Assembly (NCBI GenBank): GCA_019247495.1
Contig: JAFAOU010000081.1
Location: 3,410 to 67,409 of the forward strand
Reading direction: 5' to 3'
DNA length: 64,000 nt
Origin: Acidobacteriota bacterium
GTDB taxonomy: Bacteria; Acidobacteriota; Thermoanaerobaculia; Gp7-AA8
The first letter of the stretch is position 1; the number at the start of each line of letters is the position of its first letter. Both the position numbers and the translations under genes were made by a program. The notes beneath the pieces were generated by a model, which was given only the letters and a program-made list of their open reading frames with translations, did not search any database and was not told the DNA's origin. Shown piece after piece: positions 7,815 through 16,789 of the stretch.

Positions 7815-9350
7815 TTGAAGGGAGCAGTTCGAAGACTGTCCACATCACTCTTCCTGCTTCTGACGATCACGGCCACCCTGCACGCGCAGGATCTCGCCTC
7901 GTTCGAGAAGCGCATCACCGTGCGCAAGCTCGACAACGGCCTGACCGTAATCGTCATGGAGCGCCCCGAAGCCCCCGTCTTCTCGTTCGCAACGATCGTG
8001 AATGTCGGTTCGGCTCAGGAAGTACCGGGGATCACCGGCCTCGCGCACATGTTCGAGCACATGGCGTTCACAGGCACCGATAAAGTCGGCACGTCGAACT
8101 ACGCGGCGGAGTCGGCCGCGCTGGCGAAAGTCGAAGAGGCGTACGCCGCCTACGACCGCGCCCGCCGCGATCCGGTCAACCACGACGAGGCGAAAATCGC
8201 TGCGCTCGAGAAGGATTGGAAGGCTGCCATCGACGACGCGCAGAAGTTCGTCGTCCCGAATGAGTTCAGCAAGATCGTCGACCGCGCCGGAGCCGTCGGC
8301 GTGAATGCCGGAACCGCAGCCGACTCGACCGAATACTTCTACTCGATGCCGTCGAACCGTGTGGAGCTGTGGGCGTACCTCGACTCCGAACGTTTCCTCC
8401 ACCCCGTCTTCCGCGAGTTCTACAAAGAGCGCGACGTCGTGTACGAAGAGCGGCGCATGCGCACGGAGAGCAGCCCGGTCGGACGGCTCATCGAGCAGAC
8501 CCTGGCTGCGGCATTCACCGCCCATCCGTACGGGCAGCCGACCGTCGGCTGGCCCTCGGACCTGCAAACCTTTTCCGCAACGGACGCCGCGGCGTTTTAC
8601 AAAAAGTATTACGTCCCGGCCAACATGGTCATCGCGCTCGTCGGCGATCTCAAAGCCGCCGAGGTCATGCCGATCGTCGAGAAGTACTTCGGAAGACTCC
8701 CGAAGGCACCCGCGCCCGACCCGCTGCGCACGGTCGAACCGAAACAGACCGCCGAGCGCACCGTGATTCTGCGCGAGCAGTCGCAGCCGTTTTACATCGA
8801 GGCCTACCATCGCCCTGCCGCGACCGATCCCGACGCGGCGGCGTTCGACGCCATCGAGATGATTCTTTCCGAGGGCCGCACATCGCGTCTGTATCGCTCA
8901 CTCGTGCGCGACAAAAAGATCGCCATCGCGTCCGCCGGATTCAACGGCTTCCCCGGAAACAAGTACCCGAATCTCTTCCTCTTCTTCGGCGTCCCCACCG
9001 CGGGACACACGGCCAGCGAGATTGCCGATCCGATTCACGCGGAAATCGATCGCCTGAAGACCGAGGACGTTTCCGCCGAAGAGCTGCAGTCGATCAAGAC
9101 CCGCGCGAAAGCGGGATTGCTTCGCCAGCTCGACAGCAACTCCGGACTGGCCTCCCAGCTTGCTTCGCACCAGACGACGTATGGCGACTGGCGCGAGCTG
9201 TTTAAAGAGGTCGACAAGATCGACAAGGTCACGGCCGCCGACATCAAGCGCGTCGCCAACGCCACGTTCGTGCCGGCCAACCGCACCGTGGCCATGATCG
9301 AGTCGGCGAAGAAGCCCGCCGCCCCGGCGCCGAAGGGAGACACGAAATGA
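7815..9350 (+). CDS. M16 (pitrilysin/insulinase) family zinc peptidase, catalytic subunit
   Basis: 511 aa. TTG start with AAGGAGG at 7801-7807. Signal peptide. Inverted zinc motif HxxEH ('HMFEH'). Confidence 0.9.
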   Translation: MKGAVRRLSTSLFLLLTITATLHAQDLASFEKRITVRKLDNGLTVIVMERPEAPVFSFATIVNVGSAQEVPGITGLAHMFEHMAFTGTDKVGTSNYAAESAALAKVEEAYAAYDRARRDPVNHDEAKIAALEKDWKAAIDDAQKFVVPNEFSKIVDRAGAVGVNAGTAADSTEYFYSMPSNRVELWAYLDSERFLHPVFREFYKERDVVYEERRMRTESSPVGRLIEQTLAAAFTAHPYGQPTVGWPSDLQTFSATDAAAFYKKYYVPANMVIALVGDLKAAEVMPIVEKYFGRLPKAPAPDPLRTVEPKQTAERTVILREQSQPFYIEAYHRPAATDPDAAAFDAIEMILSEGRTSRLYRSLVRDKKIAIASAGFNGFPGNKYPNLFLFFGVPTAGHTASEIADPIHAEIDRLKTEDVSAEELQSIKTRAKAGLLRQLDSNSGLASQLASHQTTYGDWRELFKEVDKIDKVTAADIKRVANATFVPANRTVAMIESAKKPAAPAPKGDTK

Positions 9351-11494
9351 CATCGCTTCGTATGCATGTATTCGCGGCGGCCACGGCTCTGCTGTCACTC
9401 CCCGCACTCGCTCAGGTTTCCGATTACCACGACATCAAGACTCCGCCGCTGCATCAGATCCAGCTTCCGCAGCCGAAGCGCGTGCAGCTCGCCAACGGCA
9501 TGGTCATTTTCCTGATGGAAGATCACGAGCTGCCGCTCATTCAGGGCCGCGCGCGCATCCGCGGAGGTTCGCGCGACGTAGCCGCTGAGAAGACCGGCCT
9601 GGCCGGCATCCTCGGCGGCGCCTGGCGCACCGGCGGCACGCAGTCGAAGACCGGCGACGATCTCGATGACTTCCTTGAAGCGCGTGCCGCACGGGTCGAA
9701 ACCGGTGTCGGCGACGATTCCTCGAACGTATCGATGTCGGTGCTCAAGGGCGACTTCGACACGGTCTTCCCGATCTTCGTCGACGTCCTCGAGCATCCCG
9801 CGTTCCGTCAGGACAAAGTCGATCTGGCCAAGACGCAGACGACGACCGGAATCTCCCGCCGCAATGACGATCCGAAAGGCATCGCCGACCGCGAGATGTC
9901 AAAGCTGGGCTACGGCTCCGACTCGCCCTACGCGCGCGTCACGGAATACTCGACGGTCAATGGCATCACGCGCGACGATCTCGTTGCCTTTCACAGCAAG
10001 TACGTTCATCCGAACAACATCATCCTCAGCTTCGTCGGCGACTTCGACGCGGCGGCGATGGAACAGAAGATCCGCGCCGCGTTCGGTTCGTGGCCGAAAG
10101 GACCGCAGGCGCCGATCGCAGCACCAACCGGCGGAACACCCGCCAAAGCCGGCGTCTACTACGTCGCCAAAGATGACGTCACGCAGAGCAACATCTACGT
10201 CGTCCACGGCGGCACCGGCGTGCAGCGAAACAATCCCGATTTCTACGCCACGCAGGTCATGAACGAGATCCTCAGCGGAGGGTTCTCGGGACGCCTGATG
10301 AACGACATCCGCACGCAGCGCGGCCTGGCCTACGGCGTCGGCGGCGGCGTCGATACGAACTTCGACCGCCCCGGTCTCTTCCACATCTGGATGGGCACCA
10401 AGAGCGGCTCGACCGTCGAAGCCGTCAACGCCTTGCGCACCGACCTTAGCGACCTGCAGTCGAAGCCCTTCACTGCCGACGAGCTGGCGCAGGCGAAGGA
10501 TGCAATCCTCAACGCCTACGTCTTCACCGCCGACTCGAAGGCGAAAATCCTCGCGCAGCGCGTGAACCTCGAGTTCTACGGCTACCCTGCCGATTATTAC
10601 CAGCAGTACCCCGCCCGCCTGCAGGCCGTGACCGCCGACGATGTGGCGCGCGTGGCGAAGAAGTACGTATCGCCGAATCAGGTGTCGGTCCTCGTCGTCG
10701 GCAAGGAGAAGGATTTCGACAAGCCTCTCTCCTCCCTCGGCACGGTCACTCCGATCGACATCACCATCCCCGAGCCCGGCGCGAAGCCGGCCGCGATGGG
10801 TGGCGCAGCCGCAGCCCCTTCGAAGCCGGCGTCGAGCAGCCCCGAAGGCATCGCGCTGATCAAGAAGATCCAGACCTTCGTCGGCGGCAAAGCAAAGATC
10901 GACGCCGTCCAGACCACGCACACCGTCGGTTCGATGCAAGTGCAGACGCCGCAGGGCCCGATGGACATCGAAGCCGACACCATCACGAAGTACCCGGACT
11001 ACAGCCGCCGCATCATGAAGACGCCGATGGGCGAGATGACCATGGTCTCGACGCCCGAGGGCGCCTTTATGTCCAGCCCGATGGGCTCGCAGGACTTGCC
11101 CGGCTCGCAACGGACGGCGATGCGCAACGAGTCGCGCGCCGACATCATCGCCATCCTCAAGAACATCGACAACCCCAAGTACACCTTCACCACCGCCGGC
11201 ACCGAGAAGGTCGGCACCGTCGACGCGCAAGTCCTCACCGTCGACGCCGACGGCACCGCCGTGAAATGGCTAGTCGACCCAACCTCGGGCAAGATCCTCC
11301 GCCGCGTAGCCCAGTCCCCCCGCGGCGAATCGATCACCGACTACACCGACTGGAAGTCGTTCGACGGCATCACCCTCCCCGTCGCCTTCACCAACACCAC
11401 CGCAGGCCAGCAATCAGGCAGCGGCAAACTGACGACGATGGAGATCAACCCCACCGTAGATCCGAAGATCTTCGAGAAGCCGGCCCCGAAGTAG
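9347..11494 (+). CDS. M16-family peptidase-like protein without HxxEH (non-catalytic partner), with a ~230-aa C-terminal extension
   Basis: 715 aa. 4-nt ATGA overlap with the upstream M16 gene. Signal peptide. M16 half-domain layout but no HxxEH. Extra beta-rich region from about 10800. Confidence 0.85.
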   Translation: MTSLRMHVFAAATALLSLPALAQVSDYHDIKTPPLHQIQLPQPKRVQLANGMVIFLMEDHELPLIQGRARIRGGSRDVAAEKTGLAGILGGAWRTGGTQSKTGDDLDDFLEARAARVETGVGDDSSNVSMSVLKGDFDTVFPIFVDVLEHPAFRQDKVDLAKTQTTTGISRRNDDPKGIADREMSKLGYGSDSPYARVTEYSTVNGITRDDLVAFHSKYVHPNNIILSFVGDFDAAAMEQKIRAAFGSWPKGPQAPIAAPTGGTPAKAGVYYVAKDDVTQSNIYVVHGGTGVQRNNPDFYATQVMNEILSGGFSGRLMNDIRTQRGLAYGVGGGVDTNFDRPGLFHIWMGTKSGSTVEAVNALRTDLSDLQSKPFTADELAQAKDAILNAYVFTADSKAKILAQRVNLEFYGYPADYYQQYPARLQAVTADDVARVAKKYVSPNQVSVLVVGKEKDFDKPLSSLGTVTPIDITIPEPGAKPAAMGGAAAAPSKPASSSPEGIALIKKIQTFVGGKAKIDAVQTTHTVGSMQVQTPQGPMDIEADTITKYPDYSRRIMKTPMGEMTMVSTPEGAFMSSPMGSQDLPGSQRTAMRNESRADIIAILKNIDNPKYTFTTAGTEKVGTVDAQVLTVDADGTAVKWLVDPTSGKILRRVAQSPRGESITDYTDWKSFDGITLPVAFTNTTAGQQSGSGKLTTMEINPTVDPKIFEKPAPK

Positions 11495-11517
11495 TTCCCT
11501 CCCACCACTCACGAAGC

Positions 11518-11545
11518 AAAGGGCCGCCGCAAGGCGGCCCTTTTT
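11518..11545 (+). terminator. Intrinsic terminator after the M16 pair
   Basis: GGGCCGCC-GCAA-GGCGGCCC stem-loop (11521-11540) followed by TTTTT (11541-11545). Confidence 0.8.
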
Positions 11546-11654
11546 GCCTCAGCACCTACGTAGCGCCGACGGCCCGTCGGCTGGACCGCCAGCGGCTCGC
11601 TGGCGTAACGGCGTCATAGACCGTAGAGATACGCTTGCGTGAGATCTCTATCAC

Positions 11655-12344
11655 TCAGGTGCTGGGAGTTGCCGCATTGAGCCTGCTGTCTCTCAAGTGC
11701 GTTGTAAACCATACGAGTAGAGAAAGAGCAACGGCTCCGCCCGAGATAAAACCAATCGCCTTCGACAGCCAGATCTCGCCTTCAATTGCGGAGCCGGCGA
11801 CGAAGAGCGCAGCAGCCATCATGTAGATGACCGCCCTCTCTAATTTTATAAAGCGGCTCTCTCGCGGAACGATCCACGCCAGCAGAACGTCGAGACCCCA
11901 CCACGCGGCAAAGACGATATCAATCACTGGTGCACTGACTCGTGGAGAGGTTGCTATTCGGCTCCAGTCACCATCGAAAATAACAAAGATTGCCCAATAG
12001 AGGTGCACCAGGAACGCCAGAAAACCCGCGGTCCAAAAGGCGAGCCAATACCCCGCTGCTTTGGGTGACGTCCTATGGAATGGAAATAGACAGAGCGCCG
12101 GCGTAACGAGCAGCAGCGCCGCCCATGCCGTGAAGAATGTTCGATGAAGATCGAGCCGTCGTGTTTCCGGAATGTCGTTGGATGTGACGGATTGCGATAC
12201 CCCCTCCTTCACCGGTGGCGAGAGAGAAAAGATTCTTTCATTCCGCGTGACGCTCGCCGCGACGAATGCCGTGCCTACTGCAACGACGAGACACAATGCG
12301 GCGACCGTTAAATGTCGCGGTGTGGGACGGGCGCCTTCAGCCAT
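11655..12344 (-). CDS. Hypothetical polytopic membrane protein (about 6 TM helices)
   Basis: 229 aa with repeated hydrophobic helices. No family recognised. Lies in the visibly A+T-richer islet. Confidence 0.55.
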   Translation of the reverse strand: MAEGARPTPRHLTVAALCLVVAVGTAFVAASVTRNERIFSLSPPVKEGVSQSVTSNDIPETRRLDLHRTFFTAWAALLLVTPALCLFPFHRTSPKAAGYWLAFWTAGFLAFLVHLYWAIFVIFDGDWSRIATSPRVSAPVIDIVFAAWWGLDVLLAWIVPRESRFIKLERAVIYMMAAALFVAGSAIEGEIWLSKAIGFISGGAVALSLLVWFTTHLRDSRLNAATPST

Positions 12345-12715
12345 GATGCTCTCCTATTCGAAAGCGATGCAGTCCGTGATTGATAACCCTTGGCAAGAGG
12401 AACGCGATCACCTGGATACGATGGAGAGCCTTGAATCGCGCGAAGCCCTACCCTCAAATTCGGTAAGTCGTCCGACCGTGCGCGCCACAGCGCAACCTGC
12501 CGCAGTATCCGCACCGAGATGCTTGCGGGAACGGGAGGAGGTGGCGTCCGCGTCTGGCGAGAGCGTGGCGCTATTCGCGGTGTGGGTAGAGTGTTCGAGG
12601 CCTTTGCAAGAACCGAAGGTTGACCCCTGCATAATGTCAGACGCTCGTCGGCTTGGAGCGGCCGCGGCTCGCTGACGTGGAGGAAGATCCCCACGCTTGC
12701 TACTAGTCTTCCAGC

Positions 12716-13762
12716 ATGTTGAGTATCGCTGCCCTCGCCATTGCCGCATCGTTGCCCGTGATCGACTCCATCCGTATTGAGTCGCGTTGGAATGGCCTTG
12801 GGAACCCGCGCGCGACGACGTACACAATCGTGCGCCGCGGCAATCACTATGAGCGAAGGTCCACCAACGTGCCGCGGGATGCTGTCGATCGTTTCGTTGC
12901 GGCGATAACAGCGGCGCCCGTGGAACGGACGACAGCAATCCGCGCTCTCACGACGCGCGAGTGGCTGATGGCGCGCGCGGGTGAACCCCACGCTAACGCG
13001 TTCGTTCCTGTCTGCTCGCCGGAAGCTAAGCGACTCCTCGATCAGCACCTTGCTGATCCCGAGCAGGCACTGACGGCGCTCAACCGGTATTTCTCTGCCC
13101 CATGGACGGATGACTATCCTCTTATTTCGATCGATGCTACGTTCGCTGATCGACCGGCAATTCATCTCGAATCGCATGCCCAACCCGCCTTGATGCTTCC
13201 TTGGAATGTGGGCAAGGCGGAGACTTGGAATCCCGAGATTCCTCGCGCCATCGTCCATCTTTTGCCGAGTGGCGCGGAACCGCGCCTCACCGATGAGAAT
13301 CTTTCGAGTGCGTATGCGGAAGAGGTCGCAGAGGGGATGCGCGCCGTGCTCGACGATTCGGAGGAGCGCTGCGTTCATCGCCGCTTTCTTCCGGCTGTCG
13401 AGAAGCGGTTCGAGATCGTCCGCATCTATCACGGATTCCCCGGCTGGTTCACTGCGTACGTTCGCCGTCCCGACTTTCCGGCGAACCTCGTACTCACACT
13501 TGTGATCCGCGACGACGACAAGCCCGATGCAGAGGAAAAACTCGAGCGTACGGTTCAACGCACAGCGGCCTACGTGGAACTCGTACAAGACTACGTTCAA
13601 AAGCATCCGGAGAAACACTTTGCGATCTGGTGCGCTGATGGCGTCTCCGTGGAAGGAAACGATCGAGCCGTCAGCATCAGCGAATACGATCCTGCCTCCG
13701 GTATCGTGAGCCATCCCCGCATCATTCTTCCGGATGGTAAGGTCACCGAGGACGGCTATTGA
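12716..13762 (+). CDS. Hypothetical protein with a hydrophobic N-terminus; no recognisable family
   Basis: 348 aa with balanced, acidic composition and coding-like third positions. The 468-aa ORF on the opposite strand is Arg-rich shadow sequence. Confidence 0.6.
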   Translation: MLSIAALAIAASLPVIDSIRIESRWNGLGNPRATTYTIVRRGNHYERRSTNVPRDAVDRFVAAITAAPVERTTAIRALTTREWLMARAGEPHANAFVPVCSPEAKRLLDQHLADPEQALTALNRYFSAPWTDDYPLISIDATFADRPAIHLESHAQPALMLPWNVGKAETWNPEIPRAIVHLLPSGAEPRLTDENLSSAYAEEVAEGMRAVLDDSEERCVHRRFLPAVEKRFEIVRIYHGFPGWFTAYVRRPDFPANLVLTLVIRDDDKPDAEEKLERTVQRTAAYVELVQDYVQKHPEKHFAIWCADGVSVEGNDRAVSISEYDPASGIVSHPRIILPDGKVTEDGY

Positions 13763-13921
13763 TCCGGCAGGGCAAGGCCTTCCTTTTTCCGCAATAAGGC
13801 GCGGGATACCTCGAAGAGGTTTCGACGAGCGAATAGGTGTTCGGGTGTGGCGAATAGGCTGCCAGCCTCCTGCTTAAGTCCAAGCACGTATGAGGTTGGC
13901 TTTCCGCGGCCATCATTCACT

Positions 13922-14190
13922 CCATGGACATCTGAAGGACGCTTTTCCACCGATGGAATAGGCGCACGGACGGGCCGAATAGGCTCAGAGCCTACTCAAA
14001 ATGTCCATGGCCTTTTATCCAGGGCGCTTTGCCGGCTAAACGCGGTCCATGGACATTGTTTCGAGTGATTCTGAGCGACTATGCGTGAATCATTTCGGGA
14101 AGCGGAGTCGGACAGCCAACTACAAATGTCCTAGGACTTATTCGCAATCTCGAATTGCTTGCTCTCAAATATCCATGGCCTTATTCTTAC
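13922..14190. promoter_or_regulatory. Array of five copies of the palindromic core ATGTCCATGG upstream of the XRE gene (candidate operators or iterons)
   Basis: CCATGGACAT at 13922-13931 and 14047-14056. ATGTCCATGG at 14001-14010. ATGTCCTAGG at 14126-14135. ATATCCATGG at 14169-14178. The three direct copies extend to CAAAT(G/A)TCC..GG.C(T)TTATTC. Confidence 0.5.
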
Positions 14191-14193
14191 CCC

Positions 14194-14460
14194 ATGCCGC
14201 GCTCAAGTCAGCCCGATCCTGATGCCGTCCGCTTCGGAGCGATTCTTCGTCGCGAGAGACTTGCTCGCGGGTGGACGATCGTGAAGCTGGCCAGACGTTC
14301 GGGGATGCATCATCAGTATCTCGGTGTCGTCGAGGCGGGCGGCAACATCCCCAGCCTGTCGACGATCCTGGAGGTATGCGAAGTCCTCGGTGCGGATGCA
14401 GGCGCGATGATCCGCGAGGTGGCCGAGGCGCGGAAGATGCCGAAGGCGAAAACGTCGTAG
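14194..14460 (+). CDS. XRE-family helix-turn-helix transcriptional regulator
   Basis: HTH_3-like 'WTIVKLARRSGMHHQYLGVVEAGGNIPSLSTILEVCEVLG'. I prefer the ATG at 14194 to the TTG at 14155 because a motif copy occupies 14164-14190. Confidence 0.8.
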   Translation: MPRSSQPDPDAVRFGAILRRERLARGWTIVKLARRSGMHHQYLGVVEAGGNIPSLSTILEVCEVLGADAGAMIREVAEARKMPKAKTS

Positions 14461-14580
14461 CGAACGGCGCAGGTGACGTCTTCGAGTCACGTTGGCCGTG
14501 CAGAAGTCGGCCGCCGAAAAGCTTTCACCACGAAGACGGGGTCCTTTGTCGAGAAGACTACCCGGCTCCTGCAGACTTCG

Positions 14581-16029
14581 TCAGTGGTCGGATTTGCGGT
14601 GCACCGCGACGCGGTTCCGGCCGCCGGCCTTGGCGGCGTACAACGCTTCGTCGGCGGCTTTCAGGAGGGCGGCGGGGTGGCCGTCGCGGTCGGGGATCAT
14701 CGTGGCGATGCCGACGCTGATGGTCACTACGTCGGAGGCTGGGGAGGCGCGGTGTTCGATTCGCATACTTTCGATGGTGCGGCGCAGCAATTCGGCCAAG
14801 TCGGCGGCGCGATCGCGGTCGACGCCGGTGACGAGGACGGCGAACTCCTCGCCGCCGTAGCGCGTCACGATGTCGCCGGCGCGATGGAGGTGGGATTGCA
14901 GCGATTCCGCCACGCGGCGCAGGCAGTCGTCGCCGGCCTGATGGCCGTAGACGTCGTTGTAGGCTTTGAACGCGTCGATGTCGATCATGATCAGCGACAG
15001 CGGCGTTGCGGAGCGGGCGGCGCGGCGCCATTCCAGGGAGAGCGCATCGTCGAAGTTGCGGCGGTTGGCGACGCCGGTGAGAGGGTCGGTCGTCGAGATG
15101 CGGTGCAGAGTCTCGATGGCGCGGGCCAGATGCTCGTTGGCTCGTTCGAGGTCGTGTTTCGTGGCGGCGAGATGAATCGCTCCGGCCAACTGGTTTGTCA
15201 GCGCTTCGAATGCGAGCGACGTCGCCGCCGAGAAGGCCTCCCTGCTCACGATTTCCAGCTCTCCGAAATCTTCTCCGCGGAAGCGGATCGGAAAACTGAT
15301 CTCGGCCGGCGCGGACGACGTGGCCTCTCCGGCCTGCGCGCTGATGTCACGTAGCGTGATCGAGACCCGTTCGACCGGAAAATGCTTGGCCACGTAGCGC
15401 ACGATGCGATCGAGCAGCTCGCCAAGGTCTTTCGCTTCCAGAGCCGTGCGCGAGACGTCGCTCATCATCTCCATCAGCCGTGCGCGTTCTCTGGTTTCGC
15501 CAAACAGCCGCGCGTTTGCGATCGCGCCTGCGAGTTGATCGGCGACGATGGTGAGAAGCGGCAATTGATCGTGGAATGCCGCGCGGTGCGTGCTCTCCAG
15601 GTTGAGGACGGCCACGAGTTTTCCGCCGTGGCGAACGGGGACGCAGATCTCCGAGGCAGTGCCGGGCATGGTCTCGACGTAACCGGGGAACGCCTGAACG
15701 TCGTCGAGCAAAATCGGCTGCTCGGTCGCGGCGACGGTCCCAACGACTCCGCTTCCGACGGGGCGGCTGTACCCGACGTGAATGTCCGTCGGCGTCGCGC
15801 TGGTTACCGCCTGGCAGACGAACACGCCCGCGTCGACCAGGATCAGCGCCACAAACTCCCATTCGAATCTGCTGGCCAGCGCGTCGGTGATGCGCTGCGT
15901 CATCGGGCCAAGCTCGAGATCGAGCGTGGCGATGCGCGCTACCTCATTGATGGCCTCGAGTTGCCGCGCGTAGAGCGCATCCGCGTGGGGAGGCATTGAA
16001 AAGGGCGGACGGCCGGAGTAGAGATCCAT
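14581..16029 (-). CDS. Diguanylate cyclase, GAF-GAF-GGDEF
   Basis: 482 aa. Two GAF-like modules, then a GGDEF domain with A-site 'GGEEF' and I-site RxxD ('RAGD') five residues upstream. Confidence 0.9.
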   Translation of the reverse strand: MDLYSGRPPFSMPPHADALYARQLEAINEVARIATLDLELGPMTQRITDALASRFEWEFVALILVDAGVFVCQAVTSATPTDIHVGYSRPVGSGVVGTVAATEQPILLDDVQAFPGYVETMPGTASEICVPVRHGGKLVAVLNLESTHRAAFHDQLPLLTIVADQLAGAIANARLFGETRERARLMEMMSDVSRTALEAKDLGELLDRIVRYVAKHFPVERVSITLRDISAQAGEATSSAPAEISFPIRFRGEDFGELEIVSREAFSAATSLAFEALTNQLAGAIHLAATKHDLERANEHLARAIETLHRISTTDPLTGVANRRNFDDALSLEWRRAARSATPLSLIMIDIDAFKAYNDVYGHQAGDDCLRRVAESLQSHLHRAGDIVTRYGGEEFAVLVTGVDRDRAADLAELLRRTIESMRIEHRASPASDVVTISVGIATMIPDRDGHPAALLKAADEALYAAKAGGRNRVAVHRKSDH

Positions 16030-16066
16030 GTCACGGCGAGCTGCTCATGATACGCGCGGACGTCTA

Positions 16067-16510
16067 TCAAATTCGCGTGCTGACCATTTCGAGCGCAGGC
16101 ATCGCCCATCCTGCTGCCAAGGTCTCGATCCCGCGATCGAAGGTAGCAAGCACTCCATGGTGATGATCGGCCAACGCGAGAAGGTACGCGTCGGTGACTT
16201 GCTTGTGGCCTTGCAGCTTGCGCGGAAGGGCATCGAGTGCTTCGGCAACCGAAAGGTCCTCGCTCCAGAAATCATGTTTCTCGTCCGCAAGGTTCGAAGC
16301 GAGAAGAACGAGAGCATCAGACGGAGCGAGCGCGTCACGCGAGAACGACGCGTTGGTGATCAACCGAATCAACCCGAGTTCCGTGATCGCGCACGTAGCC
16401 CAACGGCGGCTGCGCCGCGTGGCGAACCATCGATGCGCGGCCTCGTGATGCTCGTGAGCCGGCCATAGCAAGGCCGTGAGGATGTTCAGGTCCAGCAGGG
16501 CCGTCTTCAC
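16067..16510 (-). CDS. vapC: PIN-domain toxin, VapC family
   Basis: 147 aa. N-terminal 'LLDLNIL' acidic PIN motif. 4-nt overlap with the upstream small antitoxin-like gene. Confidence 0.8.
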   Translation of the reverse strand: MKTALLDLNILTALLWPAHEHHEAAHRWFATRRSRRWATCAITELGLIRLITNASFSRDALAPSDALVLLASNLADEKHDFWSEDLSVAEALDALPRKLQGHKQVTDAYLLALADHHHGVLATFDRGIETLAAGWAMPALEMVSTRI

Positions 16511-16737
16511 AGCAGATCGTCGCTCAGTTTTTCGACGAGGGCCGCCGTCACCTTCGGAGAGCGGCGACTGAGCCGCACGACCTGAAGGCCATTCCGCGAC
16601 TCGGTTACAAGCGGCCGGTCCGCCGCCTGCCGCACTAGTTCGCTGACTGCTTCGCCGAGACTGATGCGATGTCGGGACGCATGCACCTTTGCCACCCGTA
16701 GAGCATCATCGGCAAGTTTTAGTGTCGTCCGTGGCAT
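16507..16737 (-). CDS. vapB: Antitoxin, VapB-like
   Basis: 76 aa, translationally coupled to the PIN gene. A palindrome GCATCA-N11-TGATGC lies just upstream (16743-16765). Confidence 0.65.
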   Translation of the reverse strand: MPRTTLKLADDALRVAKVHASRHRISLGEAVSELVRQAADRPLVTESRNGLQVVRLSRRSPKVTAALVEKLSDDLL

Positions 16738-16789
16738 AGGCGCATCATAGCAACAGAGTGATGCATTGACAACGTTCGGCGGGACATTC

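Noticed and set aside
12308-13714. 468-aa minus-strand ORF opposite the 12716-13762 gene
   Set aside because: It is very Arg-rich and Cys-containing junk-like sequence. The plus-strand ORF has balanced composition and better third-position bias. This call is less certain than elsewhere because the region is A+T-richer.
13756-14068. Small ORFs in the repeat-dense spacer (64 aa minus at 13756-13950; 73 aa plus at 13847-14068)
   Set aside because: They have no SD and odd composition, and they are largely made of the repeated motifs themselves. An sRNA or micro-ORF cannot be excluded.
11550-14470. Prophage remnant or integrative element, suggested by XRE plus operator-like repeats and lower GC
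   Set aside because: I could find no integrase, recombinase, capsid, terminase or replication genes, no tRNA and no flanking direct repeats. I kept it as an 'islet of unknown origin' rather than calling it a mobile element.
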